Shown: positions 38,695 through 49,411 of the stretch, piece after piece
How positions within the stretch are numbered: position 1 is the stretch's first letter
How the letters are laid out: every line of letters begins with the position of its first letter
IMG/VR virus record: IMGVR_UViG_3300032931_001151
Span: 150,201-214,200 of that record
Reading direction: 5' to 3' (one strand)
Length of the DNA: 64,000 nt
The notes under the pieces: model-generated
What the model was told of the DNA's origin: nothing
What the model saw: only the letters and a program-made list of their open reading frames with translations
The model's database searches: none
Program-made: the position numbers and the translations under genes

Positions 38695-39723
38695 ATGATT
38701 AAAAAAGCTTTTATAACCGGTACGACAGGGCAAGATGGTAGTTATCTAATAGAATTTTTGCTTAATAAAGGTTACGAGGTTCACGGAATAGTTAGAAGAG
38801 CCTCAACTTTTAATACATCAAGGATTGATCATTTAATAAACGATTCAAATATTTTTGGAAAAACGTTTTTTACACATTATAGTGATATAACCGATCCTCA
38901 GAGTATAAATGAACTAATTAGTAAGATACAACCCGATGAGGTATATAATCTTGCTGCGCAAAGTCACGTTAAAGTTAGTTTTGAAATTCCGTATTATACG
39001 GCCCAAGTTGATGCATTGGGAACTTTAAATATTCTTGAAGCTATTAGAAATCATTGCCCGAAATCAAAAGTATACCAAGCATCAACCTCTGAAATGTTCG
39101 GTGGACAAGTAGATGAGATGCCTATAGGTGGATTTGTGGAAACTACTCCATTCCATCCTCGTAGTCCATATGGATGTGCTAAAATTTATGCATATTGGAT
39201 AACTAAAAATTATAGGGAAGCATATAATATCTTTGCGTGTAATGGACTTCTATTTAATCACGAATCTCCTAGGCGTGGTGATACATTTGTTACAAAAAAA
39301 ATAACCAATTGGGTTAAAAATTGGAACAACGATAATAAAACCCCAACATTAAAATTGGGTAATCTTGAAGCTTCTCGTGATTGGGGGCATGCTCGTGACT
39401 ATATAGAGGCTCAATGGTTAATATTGCAACAAAATATACCGCAAGATTATGTTATTGCAACCGGCACCACCTATACCGTCAAGCAATTTATAGAGGAATG
39501 TTTTAAATATATAGGAAAGAAAATAGATTGGGTTGGCATTGGCATTGATGAAAAAGGATATTGTGATGGTAAAATAGTAATAGAAGTAGATGCGAAATAT
39601 TTTAGACCATCCGAAGTTGACTATTTGTTGGGAAATCCATCTAAAGCATTTAAAGAGCTTAAATGGACACCGAAATTCACATTTGAAACTCTTGTACAGG
39701 ATATGATGAAAAATGAAAAATGA
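38695..39723 (+). CDS. gmd: GDP-mannose 4,6-dehydratase
   Basis: ITGTTGQDGSYL; YNLAAQSHV; QASTSE; PRSPYG.AK; FNHESPRRG; RDWGHA. Confidence 0.96.
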   Translation: MIKKAFITGTTGQDGSYLIEFLLNKGYEVHGIVRRASTFNTSRIDHLINDSNIFGKTFFTHYSDITDPQSINELISKIQPDEVYNLAAQSHVKVSFEIPYYTAQVDALGTLNILEAIRNHCPKSKVYQASTSEMFGGQVDEMPIGGFVETTPFHPRSPYGCAKIYAYWITKNYREAYNIFACNGLLFNHESPRRGDTFVTKKITNWVKNWNNDNKTPTLKLGNLEASRDWGHARDYIEAQWLILQQNIPQDYVIATGTTYTVKQFIEECFKYIGKKIDWVGIGIDEKGYCDGKIVIEVDAKYFRPSEVDYLLGNPSKAFKELKWTPKFTFETLVQDMMKNEK

Positions 39724-40642
39724 CAATATTTTAGTATTAGGTGGATCGGGATTAGTTGGAAGTTCAATAATTAGAAATCTTAAAGCTAAAGGATATTCTA
39801 ATATACACTCACCTAGGAGTTCTACTCTCAATTTATTAGATAAGACCGATGTATGTGCGTATATGTCGGAAATACAACCGGAGGTTGTAGTTATGTGTGC
39901 GGCAAAAGTTGGCGGCATTTCTGCAAATATCAAATATCCAGCCGAATTTGGGTATATAAATGGAATGATGAGTTTAAATGTAATTGATTGTTCTTATAAG
40001 AATAGAGTTAATAAATTACTTTACTTGGGTAGTAGTTGTATATATCCAAGAAATTGTCCGCAGCCTATGACAGAGGATAGTTTATTACAGGGACAATTTG
40101 AGCCAACAAATGAAATGTATGCTCTTTCAAAGGTGTTTGGATTAAAACTTTGTGAGGCATATAATAAGCAATACGGAACTAACTTCATAACTGTTCAACC
40201 ATGTAACATATATGGGGTTGGTGATAATTTTAATCCGGAGAATAGTCACGTTGTTGCTGGATTAATAGGAAAATTTCATAAAGCAAAAATTAATAATACC
40301 CCTTCAATAAGTATGTGGGGCACCGGAAATGCAAAACGAGAACTTATGTACGTAGATGATTGTGCCGAGGCTTGTACCTTTCTTCTTGAAAATTATAACG
40401 ATTCACAATTTATTAATGTTGGCACCGGAGTAGATATTACTATTAAAGAATTGTCCGAATTAGTTAAAGAAATAGTTGGATATAACGGGGAACTTACTTG
40501 GGATATCTCTAAACCAGACGGCATGCCTAGAAGAGTTCTTAATGTATCTAAAATAAATGCACTTGGATGGAAGCACACAATAAATATAAAGGAAGGTCTT
40601 CAAAAGACTTACGAGTGGTACTTAAAGAATGTGGGGAATTAA
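39713..40642 (+). CDS. fcl: GDP-L-fucose synthase / GDP-colitose synthase (Fcl/ColC family)
   Basis: GGSGLVG; AAKVGGI; LGSSCIYP; YALSK; SHV...LI; KPDGMPRR. Confidence 0.92.
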   Translation: MKNDNILVLGGSGLVGSSIIRNLKAKGYSNIHSPRSSTLNLLDKTDVCAYMSEIQPEVVVMCAAKVGGISANIKYPAEFGYINGMMSLNVIDCSYKNRVNKLLYLGSSCIYPRNCPQPMTEDSLLQGQFEPTNEMYALSKVFGLKLCEAYNKQYGTNFITVQPCNIYGVGDNFNPENSHVVAGLIGKFHKAKINNTPSISMWGTGNAKRELMYVDDCAEACTFLLENYNDSQFINVGTGVDITIKELSELVKEIVGYNGELTWDISKPDGMPRRVLNVSKINALGWKHTINIKEGLQKTYEWYLKNVGN

Positions 40643-41469
40643 TGATTAATACTATTATTTGGAGCAAAGATAGAGCTTGTCAATTAGATTTAACCCTTAA
40701 TACATATAAAAAATATTTTACCGAGTGGAAAGAACAACAAGTAAATATAATATATACTTATTCTAATCAGTTATATCATCAGGGATATGAAATAGTAAAG
40801 GCGAAACATCCGGAATTTAATTGGATAAAAGAGACTAACTTTAGACAAGACACTATAAATTGTTTTAATAAGTATAGAAGAACATATACATCTTTCGTCG
40901 TTGACGATGATGTGTTTATTGATTATTTTTCATTGAAGAGTGACGAATTTAGAATTTTTCAAAATGAGCCTAGCATAATATGTGTTAGTCCTAGAATGGC
41001 ACCATATGTTAATTATTGTTATCCTGCCAATTTAGATAGTCCACCCCCCCAGTTCCTATCTCAATACGATAAAAGGGTCTGGAATTGGAAATTGGGACAC
41101 CTCCGAGGGGATTGGGCATATGCCGCAAGTGTTGCTTGCCATCACATTTTTAGATCCGAAGACTTAGAGTATCCAATCAATAATATCCCATTTAAATTTG
41201 CTAATTCGTTTGAAGGTAATTGTTTACTTGGACATATTGATAATATAATTGGCCCTAAAAGACCCTATATGGTGTGCTTTGAAACATCTAAATGTATATG
41301 TTCGGAGAATAATAAGGTTCAAAACGAAAATCAAAATAGAAACGAGAATAGTCATCCCTTAGAATATATGAATGATATGTTGCTACAAGGAAAGAGATTA
41401 TGCCCTAATATAAACCATCAAGCAAGAATTAATGCTTGTCATGGCCCAGTACAAATCAAATGGATTTAA
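40642..41469 (+). CDS. Putative GT-A glycosyltransferase
   Basis: IIWSKDRACQL; VDDD. Confidence 0.55.
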   Translation: MINTIIWSKDRACQLDLTLNTYKKYFTEWKEQQVNIIYTYSNQLYHQGYEIVKAKHPEFNWIKETNFRQDTINCFNKYRRTYTSFVVDDDVFIDYFSLKSDEFRIFQNEPSIICVSPRMAPYVNYCYPANLDSPPPQFLSQYDKRVWNWKLGHLRGDWAYAASVACHHIFRSEDLEYPINNIPFKFANSFEGNCLLGHIDNIIGPKRPYMVCFETSKCICSENNKVQNENQNRNENSHPLEYMNDMLLQGKRLCPNINHQARINACHGPVQIKWI

Positions 41470-41479
41470 AGGAAAACAA

Positions 41480-42688
41480 ATGAAGTATCCTCTTGCTACC
41501 GAGTCTTGGGACGAAAAAGAAATCAATGCCGCATGCGAAGTTATAAAGTCCATGAAGTGTACTATGGGTGATAGATGCAAACAATTTGAGCAAGAGTTTG
41601 CTAAAATGTTCGGGAGTAAATATGCTATTTTTAGCAATTCGGGATCTTCCGCTAATTTATTAATGCTATCCGCATTAATGTATAGAAAAAATGGTCTAAA
41701 ATTAGAAATTGGAGATGAAGTAATAGTTCCTACAGTTTCTTGGAGTACTACTTATTACCCTATACATCAAAATGGATTAGCGTGTTGTTTTGTTGATATT
41801 GACAAAGACACGTTAAACATAGATTGTAATAAGATAGAAGCCGCTATTACTCCTAAAACAAAAGCTATATTAGCTGTAAATCTTTTAGGAAATCCTAACG
41901 ATTTTGATAGACTTAATGAAATATGTGTAAAGCACAATTTAATTTTACTTGAAGATAATTGTGAGTCTATGGGTGCTTTATACAAAGGAAAATATTGCGG
42001 ATCTATAGGACTAATGGGTTCTTTTAGTACGTTTTTTAGCCACCATATTAACTCAATTGAGGGCGGAATAACATTAACTAACGACGAAGAATTATATCAA
42101 ATAATGATCTCATTAAGAGCGCACGGATGGACACGAGGGTTGCCCAATAAGAATTTTGTTCATGATAAAGATGGTGTTGCTTTTAACGATTTATTTAGAT
42201 TCGTTTTACCGGGATATAATCTAAGACCAAATGAGGTATTTGCCGCTCTAGGTCTAGAACAACTAAAGAAGTTGCCCAAATTCATTGAAGATAGAATAAA
42301 AAATGCGGAATACTTTAATACAAGAATGGGTTATATTAAAAATAAATATCCAAACATGTTCACTACTCAATCCATTACTTTAAACTCAACCTCTTCTTGG
42401 TTTGGATTTGCTTTCGTTTTAGATTCGGAATTGAAAGGAAAGCGACTTGAAGTGGTTGAAGGGCTTACAATAGCTAATATTGATTGTAGACCAATCGTAG
42501 CAGGCAATTTCTGTAAGAACCCGGTCATTCAGCACATGAAAACGAGAATTAGTGGAAATACTAACTACGCAAATCATATAGATGAAAATGGGTTATTTAT
42601 TGGAAACAATCAAGGTAATATTAAAGATCAAATAGACCACTTTGCTAATACTTTTGATGCAATTATAGCAAGTATTCTTTCTAAATAG
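41480..42688 (+). CDS. colD: GDP-4-keto-6-deoxy-D-mannose 3-dehydratase (ColD, PLP-dependent)
   Basis: YPLA..SW; SGSSANLLM; VSWSTTYYP; VNLLGNP; LEDNCESMGA; FFSHH (His in place of the Schiff-base Lys); RAHGWTR; PGYN.RP. Confidence 0.88.
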   Translation: MKYPLATESWDEKEINAACEVIKSMKCTMGDRCKQFEQEFAKMFGSKYAIFSNSGSSANLLMLSALMYRKNGLKLEIGDEVIVPTVSWSTTYYPIHQNGLACCFVDIDKDTLNIDCNKIEAAITPKTKAILAVNLLGNPNDFDRLNEICVKHNLILLEDNCESMGALYKGKYCGSIGLMGSFSTFFSHHINSIEGGITLTNDEELYQIMISLRAHGWTRGLPNKNFVHDKDGVAFNDLFRFVLPGYNLRPNEVFAALGLEQLKKLPKFIEDRIKNAEYFNTRMGYIKNKYPNMFTTQSITLNSTSSWFGFAFVLDSELKGKRLEVVEGLTIANIDCRPIVAGNFCKNPVIQHMKTRISGNTNYANHIDENGLFIGNNQGNIKDQIDHFANTFDAIIASILSK

Positions 42689-42711
42689 TGAAACTATAGC
42701 AAGAATACTTG

Positions 42712-43551
42712 CTATTTAATTTTTTTGTATATTTTAACTAAATGAGCGAACGAGCTATTAGGATGATATATTCTAAAGTTAGTTCTTGCCAATAGTAGTA
42801 AATCAACAAAAGCATCTTCTACCGAATCGGTCGGTGTGTATACATTATTTGACCAACCGCCGTTTTGTTGTTTGGACACATATTTTTTATCAGATCTAAT
42901 AACAATATTTCTTTTATCTTTTTCTTTTATATATCGTTCATATTGAGGTGAATCCGAGCATACAAAGAAACTCCAGTTTGACATTACACTCATGCTATCC
43001 AAATAGTAATCGGCGTTTATTCCAGAATCTTCAAAGTCTGTACCTCTTGCATGAACGCCGATATAATCTTTATGTAAGTTAGCATTTTTCCAAAATTCAT
43101 CCACTTTATCAATAATATTTTTATTTATAGTAAGATAATATTGAAATATAGCCGTATGAGAGTCTATGCTTATATCGGGTAAGAATGTATTAGAGAATAC
43201 GACTAAATTTTCCGTTTTATCTTCGATTATTTTTTTGGTGTCAATTAAAGTACTACCATATTTTTTTATTAAGTCTCTCATCCCGGAAAGTTTGTTTAGA
43301 TTGTATTCATAATCACCCGCATCACTTGGACACCATACTTTAACATTAGATAGTAGTGATAGCTCCGATTCCTTTATGAATTTTATGTTTTTATTTGAAA
43401 ATAGGGATTCAAATGGTGCGAGACACCTTAAAGTTGGTTCCCATACTACTACAAGTTCTCTCCCGGTAAGATTAGCAATAACCCAACATGAAGCAATTGG
43501 CTTTAATCTATTCCCAATTCCCCCAGAACAATAACAAATTATACGACTCAT
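42712..43551 (-). CDS. Fucosyltransferase-like GT (GT11/GT23/NodZ-like)
   Basis: GGIGNRL; IGVHARGTD; FVCSDS; DLLLLA...SSF. Confidence 0.75.
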   Translation of the reverse strand: MSRIICYCSGGIGNRLKPIASCWVIANLTGRELVVVWEPTLRCLAPFESLFSNKNIKFIKESELSLLSNVKVWCPSDAGDYEYNLNKLSGMRDLIKKYGSTLIDTKKIIEDKTENLVVFSNTFLPDISIDSHTAIFQYYLTINKNIIDKVDEFWKNANLHKDYIGVHARGTDFEDSGINADYYLDSMSVMSNWSFFVCSDSPQYERYIKEKDKRNIVIRSDKKYVSKQQNGGWSNNVYTPTDSVEDAFVDLLLLARTNFRIYHPNSSFAHLVKIYKKIK

Positions 43552-44231
43552 ACATCTACCCAAGGCTTAGGTTGTCTAGGATCATGTCCCCATTTACTCA
43601 CAAATAACTCGGTGTTGTGTCCTATAATATTCCACGATCTATCATTATCCGCATAGTTTTTTCCTAAATGATATGTTAAAGTTCCTAGTTGTTGTGGTGC
43701 GGACTTTGTATATCCAAATTGTCTTAATGTTAATCCTATATCTTGATCTTCATGGCCATAGTGTCCGTTGTATCTTTCGTCATAATAACCAATTTCTTTT
43801 AACACATCATTTTTGAACCCTATATTAGCACACGAGAACCAAGCATTAGCATTAGCGAAATTATCAGAAGGAAATTGTATTATTCCTCTTGATATAGGAA
43901 AATTCTCTAATGAATGTAAGTGATTTTCAATAAATGTTTGAGATTGTGGAACACAATCGTCATCAAGAATTATGATATCCGGCGAATTACACATTTTCAT
44001 TGCTTCGTTTAGTCTTGCAACTTTAGTGTATCCCTCATCCTTAGCCCATAAATATCTTGAAACTATTCCGAATTTATTCGGATCAATCATATGGTGTGAT
44101 TTACTACCATCATCGGTAACTATTAAATTAAAATTGGTTATAGTTTGATACATCAATTTTTGCAAAGTTTGTTGTAAAAACTCGCTTCTATTATATGTAA
44201 CTATAATAATATCAACATCTTTAATTTTCAT
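43548..44231 (-). CDS. GT2 glycosyltransferase
   Basis: IIVTYNR; VTDDGS; LDDDC; YGHEDQD. Confidence 0.85.
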   Translation of the reverse strand: MKIKDVDIIIVTYNRSEFLQQTLQKLMYQTITNFNLIVTDDGSKSHHMIDPNKFGIVSRYLWAKDEGYTKVARLNEAMKMCNSPDIIILDDDCVPQSQTFIENHLHSLENFPISRGIIQFPSDNFANANAWFSCANIGFKNDVLKEIGYYDERYNGHYGHEDQDIGLTLRQFGYTKSAPQQLGTLTYHLGKNYADNDRSWNIIGHNTELFVSKWGHDPRQPKPWVDV

Positions 44232-44234
44232 ATT

Positions 44235-44936
44235 TCATTCCCAAAATACTTGGTTTTCTCTTTTTTTACCATAAGCGTCTACTATTAACGGAAAGCACAC
44301 TTCAAAAAAGTATCTATCTTTAAGATTCGTAGTGAAGAATTCTTCGGTGCTATTGTCTAAAAACCACTTTACTATTTTACCTTTTATAGCATAATGCGTT
44401 AATAACCACATAGTATTTGTTGGAATAGTTTCCGAATTTATGGGAATTTTCATATAAGAAGATATTACTTCTAAATTTTTACTAATTTTCATATCAAAAT
44501 TTCTTGCTATATGTGCCCAGCCACCAATTTCATCATTTTCAAGAATCTCATCATATTCTTTTCTCTTTTCAGCAAATTGCATAAAATAATCTCGGCATGA
44601 GATATACCATACACTATCTAGCGGATAGCTAATTCCTTTAGAATGCATAAAATATACATTTTCATAATCTTCTCTATTATCCTTCATCAATTTTAATGCC
44701 GATTGGAATCCGGATACATCGGAATTTACAGCTAAGTCGGGATCAACTAATGCGATATGAGCCTCTGGTAGTGTTGATTCAATTAAATCAATCCATGCTA
44801 AATCTGATTCGGCATTCACTCCAATATATACATCACAATCTCCAAAGTAATCTCTAATGTAACTTAAATATATTCCCGATCGATGTATAGTTGAATTTGG
44901 AATCCACGAAGAGAATACTACCGCATTTTTTTTCAT
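44235..44936 (-). CDS. Hypothetical, possibly GT-like
   Basis: YFMHSKG motif; embedded in the GT operon. Confidence 0.45.
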   Translation of the reverse strand: MKKNAVVFSSWIPNSTIHRSGIYLSYIRDYFGDCDVYIGVNAESDLAWIDLIESTLPEAHIALVDPDLAVNSDVSGFQSALKLMKDNREDYENVYFMHSKGISYPLDSVWYISCRDYFMQFAEKRKEYDEILENDEIGGWAHIARNFDMKISKNLEVISSYMKIPINSETIPTNTMWLLTHYAIKGKIVKWFLDNSTEEFFTTNLKDRYFFEVCFPLIVDAYGKKRENQVFWE

Positions 44937-44964
44937 TTTTTTAATCCTTTAATAATATTATACA

Positions 44965-46320
44965 CTAAAATCCTATTTTTTCATTAGGAGAAAATGGAAA
45001 ATTATTTATATTTAAATAGTTACCTATTACCGATTTGTATTGACTATTCTTAAGTGTATGTGTTATATTTAAGAATTCTTGAACAACTTCAGTATCAAGA
45101 AAAGGATATCTTCCTTCTTGTGAATAACTTCCCGTAACAAATTCGTCTTTTTTAAGATATGAGCACATACTACTACTATAAAACGACGCCCAAATAGGTT
45201 TATTATTTAGTTTCGTTGGAAATATAGTTTCTAAATTCTCGGGAAATACTCCTAGGAAATTTGAATGTTGGTATTTTGATGAGCCGTTCCAAGCATAATC
45301 TGAAAATAATTCATCCGCTCCCGCTCCGCTCATAAAGACTTTTCTATCATCTAATTTTGCTTTTGAACATACATAAGAAAGGCCATTAGACCCATTATCA
45401 TCCCATAAAGATAGATATGATTCCGAATAATTAGATCTCGCTGAATAAATTGTGTATTTAAACTCTTCGGTGTTGTCTAATAGATATTGGTGTGCCATAT
45501 TTCGCATACTAGGGGTTATAGTTAAAACTTCTAATTCGCAATTTGGATAGGACGTTAATATATTATATCTTTTATCTAATATCTCTTTATTTTCCGACCC
45601 TATTACACTAAATGCTTTAAATTTCGCCCCTTGCTTAATCATCTCACATATTAATGCTCCGCTATCATATCCACTTGACATTCCGATAAATAATTTTTGC
45701 GACATGTTTTGACAAGAACGTTTTTTTATACTATTTGAGAATGCTTTATTCCAATCATCAAAGTTTGTTTTATATTGATCTAAATTGAAGTCATAAATAG
45801 TTTTGGTTTCATAAATCCCGGTTAACATATCAAAAATAAGTGTAGTATTAGCATCAAACATCTTTATATTGCTATAAGTTTCTTCAAGCCCACTTTTATA
45901 TGACGCCACTCCTATATCTTTACCTTCTATGGCATACCATAACGGCTTCGTGCAAAAAACATCCCCCGTTACTATTAATATATTATTTTTAAAATCGGCC
46001 AATACTATTGCGAATTCTCCATCAAGCTTTTTTACAAAATCATTTCCATATTTTTTATAAAGCGGAATAATACATTTAGTATCATTATCATAGTCCCCAA
46101 ATTCTTTAAAGTTATATATCTCTCCATTAAAGATAATTACTATATCATCATCAACTAATGGTTGTGGAGTAAAAGTTCCGGTAATGCTTAGTAAATTATG
46201 AAGAAAAGTACATCCTTTATAATCTATAATATTAGTGGAATCCGGTCCACGCAATTTCATAAATCTATTTCTATGATCTATATTATCAATATTTTTTGTT
46301 GAAAATAGGATACTACACAT
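44965..46320 (-). CDS. AsnB-type glutamine amidotransferase
   Basis: N-terminal MC; RGPD; FNGEIYN; SSGYDS; SGAGADELF; RYPFLD. Confidence 0.88.
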   Translation of the reverse strand: MCSILFSTKNIDNIDHRNRFMKLRGPDSTNIIDYKGCTFLHNLLSITGTFTPQPLVDDDIVIIFNGEIYNFKEFGDYDNDTKCIIPLYKKYGNDFVKKLDGEFAIVLADFKNNILIVTGDVFCTKPLWYAIEGKDIGVASYKSGLEETYSNIKMFDANTTLIFDMLTGIYETKTIYDFNLDQYKTNFDDWNKAFSNSIKKRSCQNMSQKLFIGMSSGYDSGALICEMIKQGAKFKAFSVIGSENKEILDKRYNILTSYPNCELEVLTITPSMRNMAHQYLLDNTEEFKYTIYSARSNYSESYLSLWDDNGSNGLSYVCSKAKLDDRKVFMSGAGADELFSDYAWNGSSKYQHSNFLGVFPENLETIFPTKLNNKPIWASFYSSSMCSYLKKDEFVTGSYSQEGRYPFLDTEVVQEFLNITHTLKNSQYKSVIGNYLNINNFPFSPNEKIGF

Positions 46321-46328
46321 AATTTTCC

Positions 46329-47033
46329 TTATTTTGGGCCGCTACTAATATGACCACGAACTTGAGGCATTAGTCTATTACATCCTAAAGAGCCATCAGA
46401 ATTAAACCCGTTAGCATATCCTGGTAATATTTTTAATTCAATTCCAGTTTTCCAAACACATCTTGGAAAACTTAATTGATCTCTTGAACTAAATTTTTCA
46501 ATTTCATTCCACCACATCTCATTAAATTCTATCACATTACGGGTATTTTTTCTAATTGAGACTGGCAATTCAAATAATCCAAAGTTTTTTGGAAATCCTT
46601 CCTTTTCATATGATTGTATTTGGCTATCTATTAAATTGATATGATCATAATTTAATTCTTTTAATATCTTTGACTCTTCATAAGCACAATTTCGTTGATT
46701 GTGCTTAAATACCCCAATTTCAAGTTCTTTCAAATAATCTCTAATTATTATTCTAGGATCCTCAACTACGGCATGAGATACGTCGGCCCATAACCAATAA
46801 TCGTACATTGGTAAAATTCTATGTGGTAAAATTTTGTAGTATTTAGCATTTCTTCTATTAGAGTACATGTCCCCAATATGTCTTTTTTCTAAAGGAATTT
46901 GTCTCCATATAGTAGAATTAGGCCAAGGTCTATCAACGAAGGCATAGTAATCAACATTAGAATGGATTATAGTCGGATTGACTAGACTTTCTCTATCGCC
47001 ACATAATGAAGTTATTATTGCAATTTTATTCAT
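46329..47033 (-). CDS. DUF616-type glycosyltransferase
   Basis: R.AKYYKILPH; W.D; H..RNC.YEE; WW.EI....RDQLSF. Confidence 0.75.
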   Translation of the reverse strand: MNKIAIITSLCGDRESLVNPTIIHSNVDYYAFVDRPWPNSTIWRQIPLEKRHIGDMYSNRRNAKYYKILPHRILPMYDYWLWADVSHAVVEDPRIIIRDYLKELEIGVFKHNQRNCAYEESKILKELNYDHINLIDSQIQSYEKEGFPKNFGLFELPVSIRKNTRNVIEFNEMWWNEIEKFSSRDQLSFPRCVWKTGIELKILPGYANGFNSDGSLGCNRLMPQVRGHISSGPK

Positions 47034-47797
47034 TCTAATCTTTCCGGTTTTAAGATATAGTCGGAATGCTTTTCTAATACATACTTTTGTTCTTTTTGAG
47101 TTATCTCTATATTATCCCTTACTTGAGACGATATAGACTTTTCCCATATTCTAATACTAACTAAAAATTCATTAATAAGCTTTGGGGGTCCGTATTTTTT
47201 ATGTAATCTATAAAATAATTCACAATCCATTAGCCATATAAGTTCTTCATCAAAAAAATTATCATTATTTTTAAAATATATAGCACTAGGACATCCTAAC
47301 TCATTATATCCTTGTAATATATCATCGGTATATTTTGGGAATTGCGGTTTATGTTTTATTCCATTATATATTTGATTTGCATTAGAAATGTGATTAAATC
47401 CTATAGCGCCCCAATTATTGCCATTTTTATATTCTCTTATTATTTTATCAAGACAATCTATATCATAAAACATATCATCTTGGAACATGGGCTTTATAAT
47501 TTCTCCTTTAGAGTTCTTTATCCCCATATTTACGTTTGCCGATGAATTTCCTCTTTTATAATTATGCCTCATATAATTTATGAGGATATTTGATCCCATA
47601 AACTTAGATTTCAAATACATTTCAATTTCATTATTTTCCGAATGGTCTGTGATATTAATTTCATAATTTTTATACGTTTGACATATTATAGATTTCATTA
47701 GCTCATTAAGATATTTTATTCCGTTACCACTCATTTCATAACATGGAATACAAATAGAGATTTTACACATTGAATTTTTCCCATAGATAATGTGCAA
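47030..47797 (-). CDS. GT2 glycosyltransferase
   Basis: SICIP.YE; ITDHS; N..IKNSKGEII..MFQDD; LMDCE. Confidence 0.8.
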   Translation of the reverse strand: MHIIYGKNSMCKISICIPCYEMSGNGIKYLNELMKSIICQTYKNYEINITDHSENNEIEMYLKSKFMGSNILINYMRHNYKRGNSSANVNMGIKNSKGEIIKPMFQDDMFYDIDCLDKIIREYKNGNNWGAIGFNHISNANQIYNGIKHKPQFPKYTDDILQGYNELGCPSAIYFKNNDNFFDEELIWLMDCELFYRLHKKYGPPKLINEFLVSIRIWEKSISSQVRDNIEITQKEQKYVLEKHSDYILKPERLE

Positions 47798-48638
47798 AAT
47801 TCTTTTCTCCTCTTAATAAGTTTTTAGCAATTTTATAGTTCTTAGTACTTCCGTTTCTATAAGTATTAATTATGATATCCATCATATCGTTAATATTCTT
47901 ATTAGTTATATCAATATGAGATTCGTTAGTGAATATTTTAGATACTTCCGATGCTCCCCAATAAATCGGAATACTATTACACAAGATAGGATCATAGAAT
48001 TTTTCAGTTACCCAATATCTATAAGAGGCATTTTCAATTGCTATAGAATATTCATATGGTGAGAAAGCATCCGGCTTATGTTCTACTATTCCCTTAACTC
48101 TTGAATCTCCTTGATAGTAACGACATCCTCTTCCGTATATATGAATATCTAAATTAGTTTTTAATATTCTTTTTATTAGTTCATGTCTTAATGCATGTCC
48201 GCTAAAGTATGTTTTATCCGATGCTATTATAGACATTCTATATGGTTTACTGACATTTTCAAATTCGTCTTTTTCTCCGTAAATTGGGACTTGCGGAGCT
48301 AAATAGCAAATACCTTCTTGAAAACATGGCCAATTCGGAAATCTTTTCTTATCGTGGCATATATACGTTCCAATATTTTCTTTAATATATGGCAAATAAC
48401 TAGACGAATCTAATATCTCAAAAGGCTCATGCATTAACCCTAATACTCTTTCTTTTGGTACTTTTAATTGCGGAGTTCCATGATTTATAATAACCGCATG
48501 AGTATAGTTATCATCGTCAACAATTTTCATATTTTTATATTCTGCTTTTCCATATCCCCAAGATTTAAAAGCATTTCTTAATCCATATGATGGTGCAAAG
48601 TCGGAAAATATTTGTACTCTTATTTCGTCCATGGCCAA
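47763..48638 (-). CDS. GT10 (alpha-1,3/4-fucosyltransferase-like)
   Basis: YEYSIAIEN...YWVTEKFYD..L...IPIYWG. Confidence 0.8.
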   Translation of the reverse strand: MAMDEIRVQIFSDFAPSYGLRNAFKSWGYGKAEYKNMKIVDDDNYTHAVIINHGTPQLKVPKERVLGLMHEPFEILDSSSYLPYIKENIGTYICHDKKRFPNWPCFQEGICYLAPQVPIYGEKDEFENVSKPYRMSIIASDKTYFSGHALRHELIKRILKTNLDIHIYGRGCRYYQGDSRVKGIVEHKPDAFSPYEYSIAIENASYRYWVTEKFYDPILCNSIPIYWGASEVSKIFTNESHIDITNKNINDMMDIIINTYRNGSTKNYKIAKNLLRGEKNFAHYLWEKFNV

Positions 48639-49411
48639 CTCCTTACATAAGCTTTTAAATCTTCTTTTGACATTCCAATGATTTTTTTATATTCTTCTTC
48701 GTTTTGTTTAAATCTTGGATTGGTTGTATCGCTATTAAATGTTCTAGAATGGTCTAAATGGAATAATTTACCATCAATCGATCCTATTTTATATCCCAAT
48801 TTTCCAAATCTATCTCTTCTCTCAACATCTTCAGGTCCCCAAGACATAAAGTTTTCATTTTCCATACCTCCTTCTACGTATTTTGATTTATTCATAAATA
48901 AACATCCGCCGGGCGGTGGTGACGGATGTTCAAATGATACTAATGGATCAATTCCTGCTAAATTGAGAGTTAATCCAAATGAATTATGGTATTTACTTGG
49001 AATATTATGATTCGGCTTATTAAAAGGATAGCAAAAATCTAATATATTACCTCTAACAACTTGTGCGGCATTAAGATATTGATGTGGATAAAAAACTACA
49101 TCCGAGTCTTGGCTAACTATTATTGGGGTTTTAGCCCTCTTCGCCATAATATTTAGGTTTTTTGTTTTATGGAATAAGTCGGAGTCGTTTTGTCTATATA
49201 TGTATGTTAATTTTTTATTCCATTCTGCTCTCATTAATTGTGGAAATAGTGCTTGTTTCCCTTCTTCACATATGATGACAGAAGTATCAAAGTGCTTAAA
49301 AAGATACGAGAGAAGTAAATCTATTATTTTCTTTCTATCTTCTGATTCTATTTTAAGAGGTATTAAAAACGTTACGTCACGCAAATTAGACATTATTTTA
49401 TCCATCCCCAA
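48620..49411 (-). CDS. GT2/GT7-C-like glycosyltransferase
   Basis: QDSDV; GGCLF; NENF.SWGPED. Confidence 0.8.
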   Translation of the reverse strand: MGMDKIMSNLRDVTFLIPLKIESEDRKKIIDLLLSYLFKHFDTSVIICEEGKQALFPQLMRAEWNKKLTYIYRQNDSDLFHKTKNLNIMAKRAKTPIIVSQDSDVVFYPHQYLNAAQVVRGNILDFCYPFNKPNHNIPSKYHNSFGLTLNLAGIDPLVSFEHPSPPPGGCLFMNKSKYVEGGMENENFMSWGPEDVERRDRFGKLGYKIGSIDGKLFHLDHSRTFNSDTTNPRFKQNEEEYKKIIGMSKEDLKAYVRSWPWTK

